Shown: one piece after another, positions 41,559 through 50,531 of the stretch
Numbering within the stretch: position 1 is the stretch's first letter
How the letters are laid out: every line of letters begins with the position of its first letter
Assembly (NCBI GenBank): GCA_965242865.1
Contig: CBDETK010000013.1
Span: forward strand, 2,112,001 to 2,176,000
Direction of reading: 5' to 3'
Origin: Candidatus Latescibacterota bacterium
GTDB lineage: Bacteria; Latescibacterota; UBA2968; UBA8231
DNA length: 64,000 nt
Made by a program: the position numbers and the translations under genes
The notes under the pieces: generated by a model
Seen by the model: only the letters and a program-made list of their open reading frames with translations
The model's database searches: none
Told to the model about the DNA's origin: nothing

Positions 41559-42482
41559 ATGGCCGAATTCGACACCATCGCCAAGCATCTCATCCACACT
41601 TACCCAACGGACTTCGCCCGATTCGCCCTCCAACAAGACGACATCCAAGTCCACGGCGTCGTCGAGACCGAGCAAACCACCGTCGAAACCCATCGCACCG
41701 ATAGCCTCATTCGCGTCCACGTCGATGGCGTGGAGGCGTTGGTCCATCACGAGTTTCAAACCACCGACAGCAAACCGCCCATGCCCCTCCGCATGGTCGG
41801 CTATATCGGACGCAGCATCGAGCAGCATAAGTGCCCGATCTACTCCAACGTCATCTATCTGCGTCCAGACGCCGGCCGGAGCGATCCGGGGTATTATCTC
41901 CAAGAGCGGCACGGCTACCGGGTGTTGGTGCAATACAAGGTGAGTCGGCTGATTGAGCTCGATGGCCAACGCATACTCGAGGAGGGGCCTTCGGGCTTGC
42001 TGCCGTTTGCGCCGTTGATGCAGCCGCCCGCCGGACTGGATGCCGAGGGGTGGTTGCGCCAGTGTGTCAACCGGGCACAGCAGGTGCCGCTGGACGAATC
42101 CCGCCAGGCCAATTACTTGGCCAATCTTGCGGTATTGAGCGGGTTGGTGTATAACTTAGACACGATTACGACCATCATCGCGGAGGAGACCATGTACGAG
42201 TCGTCGGTAGTGCAGTATTTCACGGAAAAGGGCATTGAGCAGGGTATCAAGCAGGGCATTGAGCAGGGCATTGAGCAGGGCATTGAGCAAGGCGACCGAG
42301 AACGCGCCATTGAAGATCTACTCGAGGTGCTAGCGATTCGCTTTGGGCTAGCGGCGTCGGATCCGTTGGCCGCCCGCATTGGGGCCATCGACGATGTGCA
42401 GCACCTCAAGCGATTGTTTCGGGCGGCCATACAGGTCCCCAGCCTTGAAGCCTTTAGACCCCTGTTAGACCAAGCCGAGTAG
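41559..42482 (+). CDS. Rpn/YhgA-like (recombination-promoting nuclease / putative transposase) PD-(D/E)XK protein
   Basis: RTDSL..HHEFQT, MPLRM..Y, VIYL, LLPFAPL; C-terminal (GIEQ)n encoded by 12-bp tandem repeats at ~42231-42290. Confidence 0.72.
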   Translation: MAEFDTIAKHLIHTYPTDFARFALQQDDIQVHGVVETEQTTVETHRTDSLIRVHVDGVEALVHHEFQTTDSKPPMPLRMVGYIGRSIEQHKCPIYSNVIYLRPDAGRSDPGYYLQERHGYRVLVQYKVSRLIELDGQRILEEGPSGLLPFAPLMQPPAGLDAEGWLRQCVNRAQQVPLDESRQANYLANLAVLSGLVYNLDTITTIIAEETMYESSVVQYFTEKGIEQGIKQGIEQGIEQGIEQGDRERAIEDLLEVLAIRFGLAASDPLAARIGAIDDVQHLKRLFRAAIQVPSLEAFRPLLDQAE

Positions 42483-42596
42483 GGCACCGCGTAGTTTCAG
42501 GTATATCCTAACCTGTTCAATCCTTCCACCATCCTTCCCTATCAACTGCCAGCGACGGGCTATGGGCGGCTAGAATACTGTCGTGTACTTCTTCAG

Positions 42597-44870
42597 TTAA
42601 TGTCGGTGCTCGGCCCGTTTTGAAGGTTCGCGCTTGAACTCAAAAGAGGGCAACGCCAAAACCTCCAGTTGGTCGCGGCCCTCAACGACCCGGACGATCG
42701 CGTTCGACGGCACCTCGTCAAACGCCTGCGCTAGGCCGCTTTTCGGCCAAAAAACCGCTAGCTGCGCCACCCGTTCGGCCGAACCCAACCCCACGTACTG
42801 ACGTAGCGGATTGCCGCCAAAACTGCCGCCGCTGCCCACCCATCGGTATAGGGACCGCCGTTGGCCGCCCTCCACCACATCGACCCGTAGCTGCGTCCCG
42901 ATCCCCGACCGATTCGATTCCACCCCGACGACCTCAATGGCGAGCCAGCCGCGCCCAAACCCCGGGTTCTCATACAGCACATCGGCGAACCCATCGCCGC
43001 GATAGGCCCCGCCCATCTGCTCAAATAGGTCTAAGTCGCCGTCGTGGTCCACATCGGCAAACGAGACCCCATGCCCCTTTTGCAGATGCCCCAATCCGCT
43101 GGCAAAAGTCACATCGACAAAGCGCTGACCCGCTTGGTTCCAATACAGCACATTGGGCATCAACTCGGCGTAATCGGTATCGCCGGTGCCCAAGTAGAAA
43201 TCCAAAAACCCGTCGCTATCTACATCGCCGAAATTGGCCCCCATCGGTTTGGTCGGCTGCGCGAGGTGGCGGCCTTGGGGCACGTCTGCAAAGCCGCCTT
43301 GGCCATCGCCGCGATACAGCCGCGCCTTCTCCACGGACGCTGGCTGGCCCATGTACGCGGCGGCAATGTCGGCGACGGTGCCGGCGTAGGCGGCCACGAA
43401 CAGGTCGAGGTGCCCGTCGTTGTCGAAGTCCCAAAACCAAGCTGGGAAGCTAGCGCGAGGAGTGACGACGCCAGCGTTGGGGGCCACATCCACGAAGGTC
43501 CCGTCGCCTTGATTGCGGTAGAGTCGATTGGGCTGCCCGAGGTTGGACACGTACAGGTCGGGCCAGCGATCCCCGTCGTAGTCGCCCCAGACGACAGCCT
43601 TGGCGTGGGCGTATTGGTCAACGCCGGCGGCCGGGGCCACATCTACAAAGGTCCCGTCGCCTTGGTTTTGCCAGAGTTGGCCGGGGGCTACAAAGGTGTC
43701 GGTGGTTTCGTTGCCGATGTAGAGGTCGAGGTCGCCATCGAGGTCGTAGTCGCCCCAGGCGGCGGTTTGGGTTGGGTAGTGGTCTTGCCCTAAGCCGGCC
43801 GCAAAGGTCGCGTCGAGGAACGTGCCATCGCCCGCATTCCGCAACAGGGAATTGGGGTGCTGGCCGTGCTCGCCGAACCAAGCCCCGCGCAAGACGAGCA
43901 GGTCGAGGTGGTCGTCGTTGTCGTAGTCGGCTTGCACCAAGTTGAGTCCCCCTAACAGCCCGTTGAGGTTGGCGGCCTCGGTCCGGTCCTCAAAAGTGCC
44001 GTCCCCCCCATTGCGAAAAAGGCGCAGTTGGCCACCCAAGTCCGAGGTTGAGACAAAGAAATCGAGGTATCCGTCGCCGTCAAAGTCGTCGGCCACGGCC
44101 CCACCAGAGAGGCTGAAGGTGTCCAGCCCAAGCGCAGGCGCCACATTGACCCAGCGCGGAAACGCCGCTGGGGACTCAAAGGCTTGGGGGGGAAGCCGCT
44201 GAGCGGGCGGCACCGCTTCGGGATACTGCCCCAAGGTCATATAGGCGATGTTGAGCAGCCAGCGGGCACTCAGGCGTAGGCGTTCCTCGGCGGCATGGTC
44301 GAGCACGGCTTGGAAATAGGGGATGGCTTGGCGCGACCCTTCGGGGAGGGAGTGGACGCCGCCGGGACGAATGGGCAGGATGCAATGATCGGCGTTGGGG
44401 TTGAGGACGCAGTTTTGGGTTTCCCCCAAGCGCAGCCACGCCAGCCCGAGGCGAAAGTGGATCTCGTTGACGACCTGAGCCGGGACCGAGTGTTGTCCGG
44501 CGAGCAAGGCTTCGGCCGCAGCGAGATGGTCTAGGGCGCGGCGTTCCCGTCCCAAGAAAAGTTCGGCTAGCCCAAGGCGAAAACGGAGGCGAATTCGCTC
44601 TTGGATAGGGGCTGCATCGGGCAGTGCCTGTAGTTGGTTTTCTAACCGTCGTAGCGGCCCCTCGCCCTGATAGGGGTTGTCGAGGTTTTGCGTACGAACC
44701 TCCGCCAAGAGAGCCACCATTTGCCGATGGCTTTCCTGCGGCGACAGCGCGGCGGCGCAGCTAGCCGAGATCGCAAATAAAACGAGCCATAAATAAGACG
44801 CGAATGGCTGCAAGCCGCCCGCGTTCCGAGGCCCCTCGCCCTCGGGTTGTGATAGGGATTCTAAGTCCAT
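42597..44870 (-). CDS. CRTAC1-like secreted protein with TPR, FG-GAP/VCBS repeats and ASPIC/UnbV domain
   Basis: Repeated DxDxDGxLD motifs, NRSGIG..V, SGGSFGG..YVGLG; hydrophobic N-terminal segment. Confidence 0.82.
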   Translation of the reverse strand: MDLESLSQPEGEGPRNAGGLQPFASYLWLVLFAISASCAAALSPQESHRQMVALLAEVRTQNLDNPYQGEGPLRRLENQLQALPDAAPIQERIRLRFRLGLAELFLGRERRALDHLAAAEALLAGQHSVPAQVVNEIHFRLGLAWLRLGETQNCVLNPNADHCILPIRPGGVHSLPEGSRQAIPYFQAVLDHAAEERLRLSARWLLNIAYMTLGQYPEAVPPAQRLPPQAFESPAAFPRWVNVAPALGLDTFSLSGGAVADDFDGDGYLDFFVSTSDLGGQLRLFRNGGDGTFEDRTEAANLNGLLGGLNLVQADYDNDDHLDLLVLRGAWFGEHGQHPNSLLRNAGDGTFLDATFAAGLGQDHYPTQTAAWGDYDLDGDLDLYIGNETTDTFVAPGQLWQNQGDGTFVDVAPAAGVDQYAHAKAVVWGDYDGDRWPDLYVSNLGQPNRLYRNQGDGTFVDVAPNAGVVTPRASFPAWFWDFDNDGHLDLFVAAYAGTVADIAAAYMGQPASVEKARLYRGDGQGGFADVPQGRHLAQPTKPMGANFGDVDSDGFLDFYLGTGDTDYAELMPNVLYWNQAGQRFVDVTFASGLGHLQKGHGVSFADVDHDGDLDLFEQMGGAYRGDGFADVLYENPGFGRGWLAIEVVGVESNRSGIGTQLRVDVVEGGQRRSLYRWVGSGGSFGGNPLRQYVGLGSAERVAQLAVFWPKSGLAQAFDEVPSNAIVRVVEGRDQLEVLALPSFEFKREPSKRAEHRH

Positions 44871-44995
44871 TGCATCCCTCCTTGAGCTGTTTTCTCACAA
44901 TAATACGACGAATGTACTCTCTTTGAAAGAGCCAAGTAGTTTTTTATATTGTTCATACCGCTGGTAGATTTCTCGGATGAGATAAGGAGTCGAGG

Positions 44996-45285
44996 ATGTC
45001 AATAATTGACAATGAATTGAAGCGGGTTTGGGATCAGTTGCGGGGAGACAAACCGCATCGGCAAACATTTCTGGAAGAGATTACTATCCGAAATATGCGA
45101 GGTATCACCGACTTGCGGGTTCCGCTGGAATTTCCGGTTACGGTGCTGGCTGGTGAAAACGCCTGTGGTAAGTCCACTGTGTTATTTGGTTGCGCTTGTG
45201 CATATAAAGTGCCCGGCGCAAGCAATAAAGAGTACGTACCGACGACGTTATTTCCCAATTTCACGATAGGAAAGTTAGCCGGCCA
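44996..45285 (+). pseudogene. N-terminal fragment of an ABC/AAA ATPase, fused in frame to an IS630 remnant
   Basis: AAGGAG RBS; IRNMRGI..VLAGENACGKST Walker A; no Walker B. Confidence 0.7.
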
Positions 45286-46064
45286 ATCGCAGCCCTCGGT
45301 GGCGTCGTTCGCTTCCTATATCCAAACGCAGTTTGGCGTGGTATATCGCTCCTCTCAGAGTTATTATGCTCTGCTTTCGCAGGCGGGCTATAGCTGGAAA
45401 AAGACCCAAGCCCGTTCACCCAAAGCCGACCCGCGTCCGGGGATCGCACGGCGAGCCGAGATAAAAAAACTAGCCGTGTATAAGGAGGCACTCCAAGGGG
45501 GGCACCTCAGTGCCTTTTTCGTCGACGAGTCGCACCTACACTGGGGTGATGCTTGTGGATATGCTTGGGGACGACGCGGTCAACGGCGTAGGGTATGTAT
45601 TGAAAACGAACGCCAACGCCAAACCTATTATGGGGCTTTGGATGTGATTAAAGGCACCTTCCTCATGCAAAGCTATCCGCAGGCTAATTCGCAGCATACG
45701 GTGGACTTTATACGCTCTATACAACAGCGTCGTCCCGGTCAACGGTTATTGATTTTTTGGGATGGGGCTTCCTATCATCGTCAACAGGCCATGCGCACCG
45801 TTCTCGAAACGATACAAGCGAACCGACCACCGGAGCAATGGAAGGTATGCTGTATGCGATTGGCCCCTTATACACCGCAAGAAAATCCCGTTGAAGATAT
45901 TTGGTTAAAAGGGAAGACTTTTGTGCGTACCCATGCCTCGTGGACCACAAGCTTTGAACCGATCAAAGACCTGTTTGTCAAGGGAATTCGGCGAAAAAAA
46001 TACTTCCATTTCCCTAAGTTACAGCAATATACAGTATCTCTTAAATGATGTAGGATTGCTATAT
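45286..46064 (+). mobile_element. IS630-family element remnant (transposase C-terminal part plus right end)
   Basis: YSWKK, FVDES, IFWDGASYH, PQENPVEDIW DDE triad; ends in GATGTAGGATTGCTA-TA; left end absent. Left boundary approximate. Confidence 0.8.
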
Positions 46065-48126
46065 AGACCAGCAGACCTTGGGCTGGCCTGAGCAACCGGC
46101 AGCCGCGCTCGTAGAAAAGCTGGTAGATGTCGCCAGTGCGGGCGAAGGTTTTGTAGCCAGCGTCCTTGTAGAGCCGCCCCAGTTCGCCGCCGTTTTTCTG
46201 CAACTGAATGTACGGCGGGTTGCCGATCACCACGTCAAACCCGTCGGCAATGCCGAACATATACTCCGCGTCGAACCAATCGGCGTCAGCGTTCTGGTCG
46301 TACGGATCCCATTGCGCGACTTGGTTCGCGGCGGCAGCACTCAGGCTGTGCTGCAACTCGGCGGCCAATTCTTTACGTAGCCGAGCGTCCTGTCGGCGAT
46401 ACGCCAACTTTTGCTTGCGCGTGGTGGCGTGAAAGTGCCGCTCGCGGTTTTCGTTCAGTTCCTGCTCCAGCCGATTCACCGCCCCCGTTTGCCCGAGGGC
46501 CATTTGGGTTGGCTTGTCAAGACTCAACAACGTGTTCGCCGCGACAAAGCGCGTCTCCAAATTCGGCAGCGGCTTGATGCCAAAGTTGTCGGCGGTCTCG
46601 TCGGCCTGCTGCTCTATCGCCAGCGAAATGAAAAAGCGCAGCTTGGCGATCTGACAGGCAATAGGCTGAATATCCACGCCGAAGATGCTGTTCTGAATGA
46701 GATACAACTTGCGCCCAAAGTCGCCCGAATACCGCTCAAAGGTTTCGCTAATTTCCAACAGTTCGGCATCGCGTTCCTGTTGGTCCTTGGTCTCAAAGGC
46801 CGCATCCGCCCTTGCGCTGGCGCGTTCCTTTTGCAGGGCTTGCCAACGCTGGTTGCCGGGATCAATCCGCTGCAACGCCAAGGTCAACTTGTGTAGTACG
46901 CCCATGGGAAACGCGCCGGAACCAACCGCCGGGTCTAGCACCTTGATTTCCGCGATCGCCCACACCACGCCTTCGGCTTCGGTTTCCTCAAAAAGTTCAT
47001 TGGCATCGTCGAAGGCATCTTCGTAATCGAGCAAATAACGCAAACGCGCTTGCCAGTACGCTACGTCGCCATCTTCAGGCTGCGCTTTTTCGGCCAGCGT
47101 CGCGACCAACGCCTCATCTACCATGTAGTCCACCACGGCGCGGGGCGTGTAGTAGGAGCCGGTTTGCTTGCGCGCCGTCTCGCGTGTCTCTGGGTTGTAG
47201 GCCGCCAGTAAGTTTTCAAAAACCTTGCCGAGCAACTCCGGGTCTAGCGCGACCTCCTGCTCTATGGGCGTGTTTTCCTCGACTGTGAACTTGTAGTGAT
47301 TGAACAGCGTGATCAGCCCGTCATCGCCAAAGAACAGGCGGTTGGGGATACTCAACTTTTTGTAATGCACATCGGAGAAGCAGTCGATACGCTAGCCACC
47401 GGAGTCGGTGGCCTCCTCGCTGTCCAAGCAGTCGAACAGGCCGTCGTTGATAAACGGCGTTTGGGCGAACAAGGCCAAGAGTGAGTTGGGATCGCTGATT
47501 TCCCGTTGGTAGCGATAGCGCGAAAAATTGCGGTGCGTAGGTTGCGCTACTTGGCTAAAACCGCGTTGGTCGATCTCGGTGTTCAGGGTGGCGAAAAACA
47601 GGTTTTGTAGCACCGCACGATAATTAGGAATCGCCGCCGTCTGGGTCGTAGTTTTTCAACAGGCCGGCGACTTGCTCCTCGACGAACAGGGCGCCGGCGA
47701 TCAGCCCCTTCTCCTTCATAAACCAGACGAATAACAAGCGGGTAATGAGGCGGATGATGTGCTCTTCGGCCGGCAGGGTTCTAACCTGATCGGTGGGAAA
47801 CTTGGCCTCGCGAACGGCGCGGTAGAACCAAGCGAACAACTCGCGGTAGAACCGCCGATTGAGTCCTTCGGTGTCCAGTTGGTCCAACCAAGCGGCCAGC
47901 AGGCCATCGAAATTGTGCGGCTTATCGTGGGCGTCCATCCACGCCAGCAGATTGGGCAAGGCCAATTCGTCGAGGATGTCCAAGTGTGCGCGGTGCGGAT
48001 CGTCTGCCCGAGCAAGGTGCGCTCGCTCTGATAACCGAGAACGGCCAGCAAGTCTTGTGCGGCCTTGGCGAAATCGCCCTGGGGCATGGCCGCAAGCGCG
48101 GCGCGGACTTCCTCTTTTACGCTCAT
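46064..48126 (-). pseudogene. Type IIG (Eco57I-like) restriction-modification enzyme pseudogene
   Basis: RLITRLLFVWF, TGSYYTPR, VLDPAVGSGAF, VIGNPPY. Lesions: deletion plus frameshift ~48003, frameshift ~47624, TAG 47392-47394, IS630 at ~46064. Confidence 0.85.
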
Positions 48127-48134
48127 AGTGGTGC

Positions 48135-49130
48135 TCATCGCCCAACGGTCCTTTGTGCGATCTTCTTCGCCAAATCCCTAAAATCCCGGCGGGCGTCTTT
48201 GGCAGCGGCCGCATGGCTGCCAATCGCACCGTCGGCTGGGGTGAGGTGAAAGATGGGCTTGCGCGCTTCCTGAGCCATCGGCACCAAGCTCCGATAGTGC
48301 TTGACGGTGGCGAGAGCGTGTTCTTCATCCTGCGCTGGCGTCACTGGGTACGGTCCCTTGTTATCGCCGCACAAATTGCGGGCGTATTCTTCCGGCATTC
48401 GATTGACCCACTTGTCATACGCTTTTACAGGCCGCCCCAAGCGTACACCGTGCTGTTGCACCACATAGCCAACGGGCTGCATGGTTCCATCCGGCAATGG
48501 AAAATCCGGTTGCGCCCAGTTATCCTTTCGCCGCTTCCAGTCTTGCCGCCACCGACCCAGCGTCGGCCCGAGGTTGCGCAGCCCTTGGAGCGAAAACAGG
48601 TCGGCACCTAGCGGGACGATGATGTAATCGGTGGCAATCAGCGCGGAGCGGTTAATCGCACCCAGATTGGGGCCGACGTCAGCCAAGATGATCGAGGCAT
48701 TCATCTGTGCGGCCCCGGACTGCACGACGGTCGAGAAGGCCGTCAAAATGCGGAAGGGGCGGTATAGCGTGCTAGAACCCAATGCGTTAGGCCACTCAGA
48801 CGACAGCGTGTCTTCAAATCCGGCCAATGCTAAGTCGCCCGGAATTAGGCACAAGGTAGGGGTAATTTTCGCGAGCGTCGGCTCTTTGATGTCGCCAACT
48901 TGCGTCAGCGGCCGGACGCATTGCAGGATGGTCTTGGTGTCGTCTTCATCCCACAGTTTTTCCAGTTGATCTTCATTTAGAAATGCAGCGGTGAGATTCG
49001 CCTGCGGGTCGAGGTCGCAAGCCAACACCCGATACCCCATGTCGGACAGCATCCACGCCAGATGATAGACGAGCGAGGTCTTACCGACACCGCCCTTGTT
49101 GTTGAAAAAAGTTAAGACGGGAACGGTCAT
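48135..49130 (-). CDS. ParA/Soj-family ATPase
   Basis: NNKGGVGKTS, DLDPQANLT, DVGPNLG. Confidence 0.88.
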   Translation of the reverse strand: MTVPVLTFFNNKGGVGKTSLVYHLAWMLSDMGYRVLACDLDPQANLTAAFLNEDQLEKLWDEDDTKTILQCVRPLTQVGDIKEPTLAKITPTLCLIPGDLALAGFEDTLSSEWPNALGSSTLYRPFRILTAFSTVVQSGAAQMNASIILADVGPNLGAINRSALIATDYIIVPLGADLFSLQGLRNLGPTLGRWRQDWKRRKDNWAQPDFPLPDGTMQPVGYVVQQHGVRLGRPVKAYDKWVNRMPEEYARNLCGDNKGPYPVTPAQDEEHALATVKHYRSLVPMAQEARKPIFHLTPADGAIGSHAAAAKDARRDFRDLAKKIAQRTVGR

Positions 49131-50344
49131 CTTTGCGCTCCCCTCGCCTTTACGGTCACCCGCACAAAGTTATCGGAAATATCAAATTCAGGTTCTGGAT
49201 GTCCCGCGGCTTCTAGCTGTCGTTTGGCTATGGGTATTCCTACGCCAAAACGCTGGACAAACCCGAGGGTTTTCATCGCGTCCGCCAGATTTGGATTGCG
49301 ATAGTCAACTAACCCCGGCTTACCAAAGCTGTCGATTGTCACCGACCCAAATGCGCCGCCCGGGCTCAAAACCTCAATGCGGTCATTGAACCAACGGACG
49401 TGAACGGGCGCGTTGGTTCCTTCATAAGTCCTGTGCATCACGGCGTTGCGCGTGATTTGGTGCAATGCGGCCATGGGGTACAGCTCGATTCGCTGTTCGA
49501 GGTAGCTCGTTGTGACATCCACGGCAATGCGATTGTGGGCCGTCAGTTTTTCCTCAAGCTGGCGCAGAAGTTCCGAAATGGCACCGCGCATCTCTTGGGC
49601 ATCGATTATCTCATCTGCGTATTCGCTGCCATTGATTCTGAGGAATTGCACGTAAGCACCCGGCAGAAAATCCTGCGGGTTTTTACCGATTGCGAGGATA
49701 CCCAGCACCGTTGCGGTGGGCTGGTCCGCGGCGACGATCATTTTTGTCGCGGCCAATTGCTCATTCAGGCTGCGGTCGTTCGTCGCTAGTACCTCCTCCG
49801 AAAACGCTTCGGTTAAGTATTCGTTTGCAAACTGAGTCAGGTTGAGGTCGGACAAACCAGCCGTCGGAATCGGCTGGAGGTCGAAAGGTCGGTCGCCGTG
49901 TCGCCGCTTTTCGTTGAGAATCCGCTCGTCTTGGGCTGTGGCGATGCCGCGGCGCGGGCCGGTGCGGATGTGAATAGCACCCTTGAAGCGAACCGGCGGC
50001 GAGTTGGAAGGGTGCACCGCGATCACCGCGACTTCCCTACCTTGCAGCGTGTATTTCGCCACCGTCAGCGAGGGCGGCGGCACGATGTTGCCGTCGGTTT
50101 TCATGTCGGCCAACTGCTGGAGCAACCGATCCGTAACCGCTAGATTGCCTATGGTTCTATCGTCCTTCACCCCTACCAAGACGAGGCCGGGTTTTTCGTG
50201 GCCGGCCAAATCGTTGGCAAAGGCGCAGATCGCTTCCCTAATCCTCGTGGGGGCGTCGCCAGCCAAAGACTCCTTGAACTCGACGCGGTCTGCTTCGCCG
50301 CCGGCGATGATTTGCAGCAGTTCTTCTTCTGTAAAATCTGACAT
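49127..50344 (-). CDS. Schlafen/AlbA2 domain plus RecG-C/HATPase-like protein
   Basis: GEADRVEFKES, ICAFAND, NAVMHRTY, SPGG, YRNPNLA. Confidence 0.8.
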   Translation of the reverse strand: MSDFTEEELLQIIAGGEADRVEFKESLAGDAPTRIREAICAFANDLAGHEKPGLVLVGVKDDRTIGNLAVTDRLLQQLADMKTDGNIVPPPSLTVAKYTLQGREVAVIAVHPSNSPPVRFKGAIHIRTGPRRGIATAQDERILNEKRRHGDRPFDLQPIPTAGLSDLNLTQFANEYLTEAFSEEVLATNDRSLNEQLAATKMIVAADQPTATVLGILAIGKNPQDFLPGAYVQFLRINGSEYADEIIDAQEMRGAISELLRQLEEKLTAHNRIAVDVTTSYLEQRIELYPMAALHQITRNAVMHRTYEGTNAPVHVRWFNDRIEVLSPGGAFGSVTIDSFGKPGLVDYRNPNLADAMKTLGFVQRFGVGIPIAKRQLEAAGHPEPEFDISDNFVRVTVKARGAQR

Positions 50345-50531
50345 TGCGATTGCTCCACTCAGTCGGTGCGTTTGCTCACAACCAGCCAAGTTCCCAATTC
50401 AAAATCGCCGTTGTTCGTAGCCGGCAGCCTGAAGTCGCGCTGGTCATGAGTGCCCGGTTGATGGAGTTGAGCGACTCGGTCCGTCCCGCCAACATGGATA
50501 ACTACGGCGTTCAACGGTTGGTCGCAACAGG

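Noticed and set aside
45868-46063. C-terminal tail of the 500-aa methyltransferase ORF
   Set aside because: It is read-through into the antisense strand of the IS630 remnant, not RM sequence.
48135-49130. ParA as evidence of a plasmid or prophage
   Set aside because: No parB, rep, integrase or phage structural genes, and the flanks are chromosomal housekeeping genes.
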